Shown here piece by piece: positions 1 through 9,271 of a DNA stretch of 64,000 nt. The DNA is from an uncultured Collinsella sp. (GTDB taxonomy: Bacteria > Actinomycetota > Coriobacteriia > Coriobacteriales > Coriobacteriaceae), in assembly GCA_900541145.1 (NCBI GenBank), contig UQIH01000012.1, positions 6,714-70,713 on the forward strand, given 5' to 3'. The position numbers and the translations under genes were made by a program. Position 1 is the first letter of the stretch. Every line of letters begins with the position of its first letter. The notes below the pieces were generated by a model. It was not told where the DNA came from. It ran no database searches and was given only the letters and a program-made list of their open reading frames with translations.

Positions 1-1633
1 TGCCGTGAGTGGCGTGCACCACGTAGTCGCCCGGCTTAAACGGGAAGGTGATCTGCGTAATGTCCACCTTGCGGCGGCTGCGCGCACGGTTGGCGTCCAT
101 GCGGGCGTTGAGGTCGGCGATCGAGAACACGGCCAGGTTGGCATCGGGCACCACGACGCCCTGCGGCAGGGCGGCGTCCACAAAGGTCACGCGTCCGCGC
201 GAGATAGTGGGCACGGCGGCACCGGCGGCAGCCTGGGCGGCACCCGCCTCGAGCGAGCGGGCGTTGAGCGCGTCGGCCTTACGCTCGCGAATGGAAGCAT
301 GGGCCTCCTGGCGTGCAGCACGGTCGGCGGAATCCGCCGCTGCCACGCGCACACGGTCGCCGATTGCGCCGGCATTTTCGGGCGCCGCGGTCAGCGATTC
401 CTCAAAGGTAATGCCCTCGTCGCCAAAGGTGAGCTCCATTGACTCGCGCGCACCGCGGTCGGGGATGGCAAACACGCAGGCATAGCGCTTGCCCACGACC
501 TCCTGGATGCGCGTCATAAAACGGTTGTCCGAGCCTGCGATGGCAGGCTGCTCAATCTTGAGCTCGGCCGTCACCGCACCGCCGGCACGGATGAGGCTCA
601 CGTAGTTCAGGCGCTGTTGAGCGCCAAAGTCGAGTTGCTGGGCACGCACGTACAGGCCGTCCAGACGGTCGACCCCCGCCTCGCCGGCACGCGCCTCGAT
701 ATCCTCGTAAGCGCGCAGGCAATCGTCGAACAGTGAGCGCGGCTCGGACAGCACCACGAGCGCCTTGCCGCTCACATGCGACAGCGGGCTCACGGTCTGG
801 CCGTACATCACCGGCAAAAAGCGGTCGAGCTCAGGCGTGACGATGCGCGCATCCACCATCTCGAGCAGCGCCGCCAACTTGCTGTCGTCCTGGCTGGCGC
901 GGTAGAGCGCCACATGCATGTTGTGGACGGCCTCGTCGGTAAGCGCCAGCTCGCGACAGGGGAAGATCTCGATGCTATCCTCGTTGCCGATGGTCTGCCC
1001 CGTGGAGCTCACCATGCGGCGGATGCGATCGATCTCGTCGCCAAAAAACTCGATGCGCACGGGCGCCTTTTCCTGCGCGGGGAACACCTCTACGGTGTCG
1101 CCGTGCACGCGGAACAGGCCGGGCGCGTCGGCGGCGCCGGCATTGGTGTAGCCCATGCCCACTAGGCGCTGCGGCACCTCATCAAAAGGAATCTCCTCGC
1201 CCACCGCAAAGGTCGTGGACTCCCAATAGCGGCTCTCGACCGGCGGCACGCAGCGCAGCAGCGCGCGGGCCGAGGCAACCATGATACAGTTGTCCCCGCG
1301 CACGATGCGCCCCAGAGCCTCGCAGCGCTGCGCCACCACGGCATCGTCGGGCGCCTGCTCGCGCCACGGATAGTCCTTGCGCTCGGGAAAACGGCACACG
1401 TGCGCCAGGCCCACGTAGGCGGCAAGGCTGCGCGCGGCGCGATCGGCCGCATCCTCGCCACTCACAATGTAGACCGTCGGGCGCGGACGGCGCGCAAACT
1501 GGGCGGCCGCCATAAGCGTGCGGCCCGACTGCGACACGGCCAGCGTCACGTCCTCGCCGGCATCGAGTCCGGCCTCGACGGTCTGCAGCGCCTCGGCAGT
1601 GTAGAGCTGCGCGGCTATACGGTGAATGAGCAT
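1..1633 (-). CDS. mfd: transcription-repair coupling factor Mfd, N-terminal part (gene continues past the left edge)
   Basis: Absent from the ORF track because it is edge-truncated. Hand translation of the minus strand from ATG at 1633 (GGAGGA just upstream) gives MLIHRIAAQLYTAEALQTVEAGLDAGEDVTLAVSQSGRTL... The frame stays open to position 2 and ends ...ITFPFKPGDYVVHATHG, which matches the UvrB-like N-terminal module of Mfd. Confidence 0.8.
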   Translation of the reverse strand, partial: MLIHRIAAQLYTAEALQTVEAGLDAGEDVTLAVSQSGRTLMAAAQFARRPRPTVYIVSGEDAADRAARSLAAYVGLAHVCRFPERKDYPWREQAPDDAVVAQRCEALGRIVRGDNCIMVASARALLRCVPPVESRYWESTTFAVGEEIPFDEVPQRLVGMGYTNAGAADAPGLFRVHGDTVEVFPAQEKAPVRIEFFGDEIDRIRRMVSSTGQTIGNEDSIEIFPCRELALTDEAVHNMHVALYRASQDDSKLAALLEMVDARIVTPELDRFLPVMYGQTVSPLSHVSGKALVVLSEPRSLFDDCLRAYEDIEARAGEAGVDRLDGLYVRAQQLDFGAQQRLNYVSLIRAGGAVTAELKIEQPAIAGSDNRFMTRIQEVVGKRYACVFAIPDRGARESMELTFGDEGITFEESLTAAPENAGAIGDRVRVAAADSADRAARQEAHASIRERKADALNARSLEAGAAQAAAGAAVPTISRGRVTFVDAALPQGVVVPDANLAVFSIADLNARMDANRARSRRKVDITQITFPFKPGDYVVHATHG

Positions 1634-1658
1634 GCTGTTCCTCCGGCATCGCAACGCC

Positions 1659-1686
1659 AAAAGCCCGCCGGGGCAAGCTCGGCGGG
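1659..1686 (-). terminator. putative rho-independent terminator downstream of nth
   Basis: The minus strand reads CCCGCCG-AGCTTGCCC-CGGCGGG followed by CTTTTGG. Confidence 0.45.
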
Positions 1687-1790
1687 TCGTACGTCAAATA
1701 CATTGTCTGTCATAGTAGCGCATGGAGAGGACTCCGGCTCAAGGGCAAACCCAGCCCCGCAAAAAACGCCAGACGAAGATGCGTTCCGCC

Positions 1791-2456
1791 CTACCCCGCT
1801 ACGCGCACGCTGGGGCACAAATCTGCCAGCGGACACTCGTCACATTTGGGTTTGCGGGCGTCGCAGATCTCGCGACCGAAGGTGATCCACTGATGGTTAA
1901 CCGACTCCCAATACTCGTGCGGCAAAATCTTGAGCAGATCCTGCTCGGTCTTGAGCGGCTCCTTGGCGTGCGTCTTGGGGCTCAGCATCAGGCGGTGCGC
2001 GATGCGGTTGACGTGCGTGTCGACCGCGATGCCCTCGACAATGCCAAACCCCACGTTGAGCACGATGTTCGCCGTCTTGCGACCCACACCCGGCAGTTTG
2101 ACGAGTTCCTTCATGTCGGCCGGCACCTCGCCGCCGTAATCGGCAACGATCATCTGCGCGGCCTCCACGGCGTGCTTGGCCTTACTCTTATAAAAGCCGA
2201 GTGACTTAATGGTGTCGGCCACATCGGCCACGCTCGCCCCCGCCATGGCCTCGGGCGTGGGCCACTGGGCAAACAGCTTCGGCGTCACCTTGTTGACCTG
2301 CGCGTCGGTCGTCTGCGCCGAGAGCAGCACCGCGATGAGCAGCCTAAAGGGATTCTCGTGATCCAAAAAACACTCGACCGGGCCATAGCGACGGTTGAGG
2401 CGCTCGCACACCTCAACGGCGCGCTCGCGTTTGGCGGCATTGGTCTCGCGTGGCAT
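1791..2456 (-). CDS. nth: endonuclease III (DNA-(apurinic/apyrimidinic site) lyase)
   Basis: Contains LLSAQTTDAQVNKV, the HhH motif LPGVGRKTANIVL, VDTHVNRI, and the 4Fe-4S loop CDARKPKCDECPLADLC. ATG at 2456 has GAGGAG 5 nt upstream, so it is preferred over the track start at 2480. Confidence 0.9.
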   Translation of the reverse strand: MPRETNAAKRERAVEVCERLNRRYGPVECFLDHENPFRLLIAVLLSAQTTDAQVNKVTPKLFAQWPTPEAMAGASVADVADTIKSLGFYKSKAKHAVEAAQMIVADYGGEVPADMKELVKLPGVGRKTANIVLNVGFGIVEGIAVDTHVNRIAHRLMLSPKTHAKEPLKTEQDLLKILPHEYWESVNHQWITFGREICDARKPKCDECPLADLCPSVRVAG

Positions 2457-2519
2457 ATCGACTCCTCGGCTCGGCGGCATAACAAACCTATGGGCACGAT
2501 TGTCCCACGTATGGGGTCT

Positions 2520-4322
2520 TTACGCCTCCAAAAATGCGCCGGTCTGGCGGCCCCACAGGCTCGCATACTCGCCGCCCGCCTCGACAAGCTGCGCATGCGT
2601 ACCGTCCTCGACAATCTCGCCGTCCGCCAGCACCACGATGCGGTCGAGCGCCGCCACGGTGGACAGGCGATGTGCCACCACAATGGAGGTGCGGCCGCGC
2701 ATCAGGTTCTCGAGCGCCTCCTGCACCAGCGCCTCGGACTCACTGTCCAGGGCAGACGTCGCCTCGTCGAGCACCAGAATCGGCGCGTCGGTCAGGATAG
2801 CGCGGGCAATGGCCACGCGCTGGCGTTGGCCGCCCGAAAGCTTAACGCCGCGCTCGCCCACCATGGTGTCAAAGCCACGGGGCAGGCGGTCGATAAACTC
2901 CAGGGCATTGGCCAGACGCGCGGCCTCGCGGATCTGCTCGTCGGTGGCGTCGGGGCGTCCGTAGGCGATATTCTCGCGAATGGAGCGATGGAACAGCAGC
3001 GCCTCCTGCGGCACGTAGGCAACCTGGCGGCGCAGGCTCTGCTGCGTGCAGCGCGAGACGTCCTGGCCGTCCACGAGCACGCGGCCGCCCTGTACATCGT
3101 CCAGGCGCAACAACAACTTGGTGAGCGTCGTCTTGCCCGAGCCCGATTTGCCTACCAGGCCCACGCGCTGGCCCGCCGCCACGTGGAGCGTCAGGTCGTC
3201 GAACACGCTCTCGCCCGCCGCGGCGTCACGGTATGCAAAGCTCAGGTGCTCAAAATCAATCGCGCCCTCGCTTACTTTAAGCTCGGGAGCGTTCTCGTCG
3301 TCTGCCACCAGACGCGGCTCGTCCAGCACGCGCGTCATCTCGGCCGCATCACCGAGCGCGCGGTTGATGCGCTGCATCATGGAGCTTACGTAGTTCAGAC
3401 GCATGGTGAGGTTGTACGTATAGGTAAAGATCATGACGAGCGCACCGGCAGAGATGCCAAACCACGCGTTGCCGCCCGCCACGAACACACTCACCACGGC
3501 CATGGTGATGACGATGAGGCCCGAGGTCGTAAAGTTGCGCTGCATCATGGCGTGCATCGAGACCGTCTCGGCGTCGCGTGCAGCACGGTCAGCGGTATCG
3601 AACAGGTCGCGCTCAAAGTCCTCGCGCCCACAGGTCTTAACGGCCAGGATGTTCGTGACCGCGTCGGACAGCACGCCCGACAGCTTGTTCTGCGCAGCGG
3701 ACGTCGCGGCCGAAAGCGGCATGATGCGCTTGTACATAAGCCAGACAAACGCGATGTAGACGACCATAATGCCCACCAGGATCACGGTAAACGTCGGCAC
3801 CACCGGAGCGAGCGCCGCTACCGTGCAGACAACCGAGGTGATGGTGGGAATGAGCGAATACACCGTCACGTCCACCAGCCCCGTATAGCCGCTCATAAAA
3901 CGGCTTGTCTGGCTCACGAGCGATCCGCCAAAACGGCTGGTATGGAACGTCATGGATTGATTGGAGAGCGTGTCGAAGCACAGACGCGCCAAGTGATAGT
4001 TGCCCGCAATCTCGAGCTTGTAGACGGTGTAGTCCTGCAGCTTGGAGAGGATTTGGCCCACTAGGTTAACGAGCACGAGCGCCAGAATGTAAGGACCAAA
4101 GACCTCAAACACCTGGTCGCCTGCCACGGGACCGGCCTGGACGCGGTCGACGATGAGGGCCATCACATAGGTGTTGGCAAACGTGAGCAAAAAGATGTAG
4201 CCCGCCGACGAGAACACCGAGAGAAAGACGATCAGCGGCTGCGTGCGCGTGACGTCCCAAAAACGCTGCAGCGTGCGACGCACGGTGGAGCGTTTGAGCG
4301 GACTGGTGTTTCTCTGAGACAT
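2520..4322 (-). CDS. ABC exporter, fused permease/ATPase (MsbA/MdlB-like)
   Basis: Six-TM N-terminal half, Walker A GKSGSGKTT, signature LSGGQRQRVAIARA and Walker B ILVLDEATSALD. ATG at 4322 is preceded by GAAAGGAAG. Confidence 0.9.
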   Translation of the reverse strand: MSQRNTSPLKRSTVRRTLQRFWDVTRTQPLIVFLSVFSSAGYIFLLTFANTYVMALIVDRVQAGPVAGDQVFEVFGPYILALVLVNLVGQILSKLQDYTVYKLEIAGNYHLARLCFDTLSNQSMTFHTSRFGGSLVSQTSRFMSGYTGLVDVTVYSLIPTITSVVCTVAALAPVVPTFTVILVGIMVVYIAFVWLMYKRIMPLSAATSAAQNKLSGVLSDAVTNILAVKTCGREDFERDLFDTADRAARDAETVSMHAMMQRNFTTSGLIVITMAVVSVFVAGGNAWFGISAGALVMIFTYTYNLTMRLNYVSSMMQRINRALGDAAEMTRVLDEPRLVADDENAPELKVSEGAIDFEHLSFAYRDAAAGESVFDDLTLHVAAGQRVGLVGKSGSGKTTLTKLLLRLDDVQGGRVLVDGQDVSRCTQQSLRRQVAYVPQEALLFHRSIRENIAYGRPDATDEQIREAARLANALEFIDRLPRGFDTMVGERGVKLSGGQRQRVAIARAILTDAPILVLDEATSALDSESEALVQEALENLMRGRTSIVVAHRLSTVAALDRIVVLADGEIVEDGTHAQLVEAGGEYASLWGRQTGAFLEA

Positions 4323-4445
4323 GGGCTTCCTTTCGCGTCTGATAGGGCGAAACGCCATTGTTGCACACTAAAGCGCACTTCAGACAAGCGCGATGCGAAA
4401 AGCGCCCGCGCCGTGCTCGTACAGGCGCACAGCCGTCAGATGCAG

Positions 4446-5801
4446 CTAGTCCTCGTCTTTTTGGCCTGCGAGCAGCTCCGCGGATGTGAGTCCCAAGATC
4501 TCATCGGCTTGGTTGGCGTCTTCCAGCGCGTCGATGTCCTTGAGCTTGCGCTCCATGACATTGGTACGCGTGGTGATGATGCCCTCAACCGTTTTGCCCG
4601 CGGTCTCGATCTGCTGCTGGGCGCGGCGCAGCGCCGCCTGATAGCGTGGCAACTCGGCCTTGACAGCAGAGAGCACGCGCAGTACGTCGTCGGTACGTTT
4701 TTGCAGCCTAAACGTCTGGTAGCTCATCTGCAGGCTGTTGAGAATGGCAGCCATGGTGCTGGGACCGGCTACGTTGACGTGATAGTCGCGGCCCAGGGTC
4801 TCGATAAGCCCGGGGCGGCTGACGACCTCGGCGTACAGTCCCTCAAACGGCACGAACAGAATGCCAAAGTTGGTCGTCGCGGGCACACTCAGGTACTTTT
4901 CGCAGATGTCCTTGGCCTCGCGCTTCACCATCATATCGAGCGTCTTGCGTGCCGCGGCAACGGCCTCCGCATCGCCCGACTCCTGGGCGTCGAGCAGATG
5001 CTCGTACGCGTCGCCCGGGAATTTGGAGTCGATCGGCAGCAGCACGGGATCGCCCTCGTCCACCGGCAGCTTGACGGCAAACTCAACGCGCTCCGAGGCG
5101 CCGGGCTTGGTGGCGACGTTTTCCAGATACTGGTCGGGCGTAAGGATGTCCGTCAGGATCGCACCCAGCTGCACCTCGCCCAAAATACCGCGCGCCTTCA
5201 CATTGCCCAGCACGCGCTTAAGATCGCCCACGCCGGTGGCGATGGATTGCATGTCGCCCAGGCCCTTGTACACGGCCTCGAGCTGGTCGCTCACCTGCTT
5301 AAACGATGCCGACAGGCGATCGTTGAGCGTGCGGGAGAGCTTCTCGTCCACCGTTGCGCGCATCTGATCGAGTTGCACGTTGTTGTCTTTGCGGATAGCA
5401 CCCAGCTGGGCATCGACCGTCTCGCGCACCTTGTCCAGGCGGTGCTCGATGCCCTCGCGGTTGGCACCGAGCTGTTGGGCCGTCTCGCGGCGCAGGTCAT
5501 CCATCCGGTCACCAGCTTGCGAAAACTCACGTGCGATGGTCAGGTAACGTTGCTGCTCCACGGCCGCATCTGTCGTCTGCTGCTGCGCGATGGCATTGGC
5601 CGTGCGGCGAGTTTCGGCCAGCGCGACGTTCAGGGCATCGAGCGCGTTGTTGGCCTGCTCGAGTGCTGCCAGCGTTTCCGCGCTACTGTCGCCACGCCCC
5701 CGCAACTCGGCACGCAGGCTCTTGAGCTGGAGGGCGCAAGCCACAGCAACCCCCACCGCCACCAAGGCGATCGCAACAAGCACAATATCAATAGCAGACA
5801 T
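4446..5801 (-). CDS. rmuC: DNA recombination protein RmuC
   Basis: N-terminal TM segment, long coiled coil, and a C-terminal block GDMQSIATGVGDLKRVLGNVKARGILGEVQLGAIL...FVPFEGLYAEV typical of RmuC. ATG at 5801 has GGAG upstream. Confidence 0.85.
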   Translation of the reverse strand: MSAIDIVLVAIALVAVGVAVACALQLKSLRAELRGRGDSSAETLAALEQANNALDALNVALAETRRTANAIAQQQTTDAAVEQQRYLTIAREFSQAGDRMDDLRRETAQQLGANREGIEHRLDKVRETVDAQLGAIRKDNNVQLDQMRATVDEKLSRTLNDRLSASFKQVSDQLEAVYKGLGDMQSIATGVGDLKRVLGNVKARGILGEVQLGAILTDILTPDQYLENVATKPGASERVEFAVKLPVDEGDPVLLPIDSKFPGDAYEHLLDAQESGDAEAVAAARKTLDMMVKREAKDICEKYLSVPATTNFGILFVPFEGLYAEVVSRPGLIETLGRDYHVNVAGPSTMAAILNSLQMSYQTFRLQKRTDDVLRVLSAVKAELPRYQAALRRAQQQIETAGKTVEGIITTRTNVMERKLKDIDALEDANQADEILGLTSAELLAGQKDED

Positions 5802-5925
5802 AAACTCCGCCCAACAAACCCAATCGAGCACCAATCAAAACCGCGATCAATCTTACCCCGCCACACGCACGGATCACCCACTGCCTTGCAGACAAATTTC
5901 TCTTAGAGCCGCGGACGCTAAAACG

Positions 5926-6348
5926 CTAGCTCTCCCAGCCGGTGCGAATGGTTGTCATGACGTCGCCTAGGCGCTGGCCCAGGGCTGACAGATGTTGGAG
6001 CACTTCGCCGGGCGAAGCACCGTTGAGGATGCAGGTGAGCGCATACGAGACCAAGAAAATCGCCGCGAGTCCTAACGGAATGAGCACGATCATCGCCAAT
6101 GTACGCAGGCGCTGGCCCACGCGGCGGCGACGCGTGCGGCGTTTGTCGAACGCAAGCTCCTGCGCATATGAATCTTGTTGTACGGAATAGTTCTCTGGCG
6201 CCGATTCACCCGCAGGCGAAACCGCGGGTGTAACGTTTTGCGCAGGGAGCTGGGCGGTTACCCCTTGCATTTGCATCTCCATGAGTCGTTGCTGCTGACG
6301 CAGCATGCGCTCAGCTTGCTGCTGCGGAGTCTCAAGAAACAGATCCAT
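5926..6348 (-). CDS. hypothetical membrane-anchored protein
   Basis: ORF with GGAGG 6 nt upstream of ATG 6348 and one C-terminal TM segment (LAMIVLIPLGLAAIFLVSYAL). No family recognised. Confidence 0.5.
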   Translation of the reverse strand: MDLFLETPQQQAERMLRQQQRLMEMQMQGVTAQLPAQNVTPAVSPAGESAPENYSVQQDSYAQELAFDKRRTRRRRVGQRLRTLAMIVLIPLGLAAIFLVSYALTCILNGASPGEVLQHLSALGQRLGDVMTTIRTGWES

Positions 6349-6601
6349 GCTGGCCTCCAAAATCGGAGCATTCGACGCTTACGACCAGCATCCCGCACCG
6401 CCATGACCGCGACAACGCAATCGCCGGCAATAGCCACAAAGTTTCTTCTGCTCAAAAGCTGTCGAAAAGCTCAACAACTCCCCTACCAGCACTTTCTCTG
6501 AGCTTTTTTCGCCAACAATCTTTTGGCCTTCCACCCTTACGCCAACTGACCAAAATCTAACCAATAGCTTGACGAAAATTGTGGAGACCGGGACCCCACA
6601 C

Positions 6602-6760
6602 AAAAAGTGCCGCCCCAAAGGGCGGCACACAAACTTATTATCAGCTTTTCTGTAACGAGCACGCGACGACTCAACGCCGGAGCGCAGGGCGGGAAACCTT
6701 TGCCTCGCGCGACCCTGCGAAGCCGTGAGCGAGAGGGAAAGGTTTCCCCGCCCTGCGCTC
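6602..6760 (-). repeat. 3'-UTR element copy 1: long hairpin, conserved 28-nt block and terminator hairpin
   Basis: Lies directly downstream of the stop of gene 6780..7412. Hairpin arms at 6683-6707 and 6733-6758 surround the loop CGCGACCCTGCGAAGCCGTGAGCGAG. This is followed by the block AGCTTTTCTGTAACGAGCACGCGACGAC and the hairpin GTGCCGCCCC-AAA-GGGCGGCAC with a T-run on the minus strand. Confidence 0.6.
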
Positions 6761-6779
6761 CGTGGTCGGTGAGGACAGA

Positions 6780-7412
6780 CTACATGCCTGCGAGACCTCG
6801 GGCGGCGGTGGCGCACATAAACGCCAAGGCTAGAATCACGAGCGAGCCCGCGATGTCTGCCAGCACGCCCATTGCACGGCGTTCAAACAACCAGCTCTCA
6901 AAGTGCGGGGCGACGTTGCGCCAAACACGCCACAGCAAGATGCCCATACCGATGACGCCCGGGATATTGAGCAGTAGGATCTCGGAGCACAAAAGACCGA
7001 TCAGGTTACCGGCGGCAAAGCCCGCATCACCCTCGCAGTATTTGCGGTAGACCATATACAGCATGTACGCCACAAACGGCTGCAAGCACGCAGAAATAAA
7101 CGAGACCACCATCGAGGGGTCCTGCGAAAAGACCTCGGTGAGTTTATCGACACTCGTGGCGTCCTTCGAAGCCAAGAATAAACCGATAACCACAAGGGGC
7201 ACCACGCCCAAAATTACCTCGACCAGAGTAAACAACTTGGCAGTCAAATCCTCACTAGCCGAATTCAAATGAGGCGCCCACTCAGGATGAGCATGCGCGC
7301 CGACTTTCTTGTCCTTCTCAGCACGATCGGCCTTTTTACCCTCGGCAACCCGATGACCAGGATCCTTGCGAGTTCCCGCCGCAGCAACCCGAGCTCGAGA
7401 CTTCTTGCCCAT
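6780..7412 (-). CDS. hypothetical polytopic membrane protein
   Basis: Lys-rich N-terminus followed by four or more hydrophobic segments. Strand and frame agree with the neighbouring genes. No family recognised. Confidence 0.55.
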   Translation of the reverse strand: MGKKSRARVAAAGTRKDPGHRVAEGKKADRAEKDKKVGAHAHPEWAPHLNSASEDLTAKLFTLVEVILGVVPLVVIGLFLASKDATSVDKLTEVFSQDPSMVVSFISACLQPFVAYMLYMVYRKYCEGDAGFAAGNLIGLLCSEILLLNIPGVIGMGILLWRVWRNVAPHFESWLFERRAMGVLADIAGSLVILALAFMCATAARGLAGM

Positions 7413-7503
7413 AAAAAACACCCCATCAGGTAGTAGATAAACTAAAAGTCGCTACCCAGTGTACCCCACCCATGAACGGCGCCGTCCCAACCAGTCCCCA
7501 TAC

Positions 7504-7668
7504 AAAAACGTGCCGCCCCAAAAGGGGCGGCACACAAACTTTTTTATTAGCTTTTCTGTAACGAGCACGCGACGACCCAAAGCGGGCCGGGAGGGCCGGA
7601 CTACCTTCCCTCAACGCGACCCTGCGAAGCCGTGAGCGAGGAGGGAAGGTAGTCCGGCCCTCCCGGCC
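7504..7668 (-). repeat. 3'-UTR element copy 2: long hairpin, conserved 28-nt block and terminator hairpin
   Basis: Lies directly downstream of the rubrerythrin stop codon. It has the same 26-nt loop and 28-nt block as copy 1. The distal stem sequence differs (GGCCGGGAGGGCCGGACTACCTTCCCTC and its perfect complement). The terminator is GTGCCGCCCC-AAAA-GGGGCGGCAC. Confidence 0.6.
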
Positions 7669-7690
7669 CAGCTCACGCTAGCGCCACACG

Positions 7691-8230
7691 CTAGTAGTTC
7701 ACCACCTGCTCTTCAAAGTACGCCTTCGGGTGGTTACACACCGGGCACACCTCAGGCGCCTCGGCACCAACGTGCAGGTGCCCGCAGTTCAGGCACTTCC
7801 ATACCTTCACGCCCTCACGCTCAAACACCTCGCCCGACTCGATGCGCTCGACGAGTTTGTTGTAGCGCTCCTCGTGGGCCTTCTCGACGGCGGCGACACC
7901 ACGGAACTTCTCGGCGATCTCGGCAAAGCCCTCCTCCTCGGCGGTCTTGGCGAACTCGTCGTACATCGTGGTCCACTCGTAGTTCTCGCCCGCGGCGGCG
8001 TCGCGCAGGTTGTCCAGAGTGCCCGGAACGGCGCCGTCGTGCAGATACTTAAACCACAGCTTGGCGTGCTCGGACTCGTTGCCCGCCGTCTCGGCAAAGA
8101 TATTCGAGATCTGAACGTAGCCATCCTTCTTGGCCTTAGATGCGTAGTAGCGATACTTGGTGTGTGCCTGGGACTCACCGGCAAAAGCAGTCTCGAGGTT
8201 CTTCTTGGTTTGGGAATTCTCAAAATCCAT
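7691..8230 (-). CDS. rbr: rubrerythrin
   Basis: Ferritin-like di-iron domain ([30 protein letters not shown]) and a C-terminal rubredoxin motif CLNCGH...[11 protein letters not shown] 8230 is preceded by GAAGGGAAG. Confidence 0.9.
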   Translation of the reverse strand: MDFENSQTKKNLETAFAGESQAHTKYRYYASKAKKDGYVQISNIFAETAGNESEHAKLWFKYLHDGAVPGTLDNLRDAAAGENYEWTTMYDEFAKTAEEEGFAEIAEKFRGVAAVEKAHEERYNKLVERIESGEVFEREGVKVWKCLNCGHLHVGAEAPEVCPVCNHPKAYFEEQVVNY

Positions 8231-8344
8231 AGGTGTACTTCCCTTCAACACGTGCCGCCCATAGGCTTTGAGCGACCTTGTCTTTAGGATGCCCTCAAGC
8301 CGCGAATTTAAACCTTACAATCCCGTTCTTCAGATTTGAGCGGG

Positions 8345-9250
8345 CTACACACTCAACCAACGATCGTCCTCGGCTCGGCAAAAGCCCTCGCGCTCCAGGT
8401 CAGCTAGAATGCCCGCGATCAAGTCGCACTCGACCGGCCCGCGACCGGCTGCCGCTTCCATCTCGTTAACGCCCACCACGGCATCAGCAAGCGTAATCCC
8501 CGCCGGCTGCCCATCGCGCGCTGCCAACAACATACGCACGATATGCGCGCGCTTTTGGCGGCGCGAGCCCTCAAACTTGGACTGACGACTATAGCCCGCC
8601 GACCGCCTGGACGGATTGGGCAGCGTCTTTTTAAGATACGCGCCGTAATCCAGCAACGCGTAATACCACGCGCGCGGCGTGTCGGCATCGTCTTGAGGCG
8701 CGGCAAAGGGCGCGATCTCGTCCGCCGCCGCACCGGGAGCCGCCGGACAAGCAGCCTGGATCAACGGCACCAGCTCGCGATCGGGAACAGCCGGTACATC
8801 GGGAAAGAAGTGATGCAGAAAGACCGTGCGCACGTTGGTCTCCAGATACACGCCCGGAAGATCAAACGCAAACGACCGGATGCCCTGCGCCGTTGCCGGG
8901 CCAATACCAGGCAGAGCGACCAAGTCACGCGTCTCACGCGGAAACTCCCCGTCCCAGTCCTCTACAACGCGCTGAGCGGCCCTGTGGAGCGCCAAAGCGC
9001 GTCGGTTGTAGCCCATGCCCTGCCAAGCGTCCAAAACATCGGAAGGCGCGGCTTGTGCAAGTGCCTGCACGGTCGGAAAGCGATCGAGCCACACCGGCAT
9101 GCGCCCCTCCACGCGCGGCACCTGCGTTTGCTGCAGCATGACCTCAGAAAGCCAAATGATGTACGGATCGCGCGTGCGGCGCCACGGAAGGTCGCGATAA
9201 CGCAGGACCCCTTCCGAACGAATCATCGAACGAAAGGGGTCCTGAATCAT
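8345..9250 (-). CDS. MutY-like HhH-GPD DNA glycosylase lacking the Fe-S cluster loop
   Basis: Contains WLSEVMLQQTQVPRV, GMGYNRRA and the HhH motif LPGIGPATAQGI. No CX6CX2CX5C motif is present, and YLETNVRTV replaces the MutY LDGNVKRV block. Confidence 0.75.
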   Translation of the reverse strand: MIQDPFRSMIRSEGVLRYRDLPWRRTRDPYIIWLSEVMLQQTQVPRVEGRMPVWLDRFPTVQALAQAAPSDVLDAWQGMGYNRRALALHRAAQRVVEDWDGEFPRETRDLVALPGIGPATAQGIRSFAFDLPGVYLETNVRTVFLHHFFPDVPAVPDRELVPLIQAACPAAPGAAADEIAPFAAPQDDADTPRAWYYALLDYGAYLKKTLPNPSRRSAGYSRQSKFEGSRRQKRAHIVRMLLAARDGQPAGITLADAVVGVNEMEAAAGRGPVECDLIAGILADLEREGFCRAEDDRWLSV

Positions 9251-9271
9251 GGCTATGCTCCTTATGCGGCG

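Noticed and set aside
5-485. Two overlapping plus-strand ORFs at the left edge
   Set aside because: They are antisense to the edge-truncated mfd frame, which the track omits and which has a good RBS and recognisable sequence.
2358-4064. 568-aa plus-strand ORF; similar antisense ORFs at 4413..5906, 10967..11947, 15169..16068, 19181..20653, 20617..22512, 23805..24800, 38858..40339, 46325..47647, 51077..52684 and 56343..57704
   Set aside because: Each overlaps, on the opposite strand, a gene with clear family motifs. Their translations are Arg/Gly/Ala/His-rich without motifs or an RBS.
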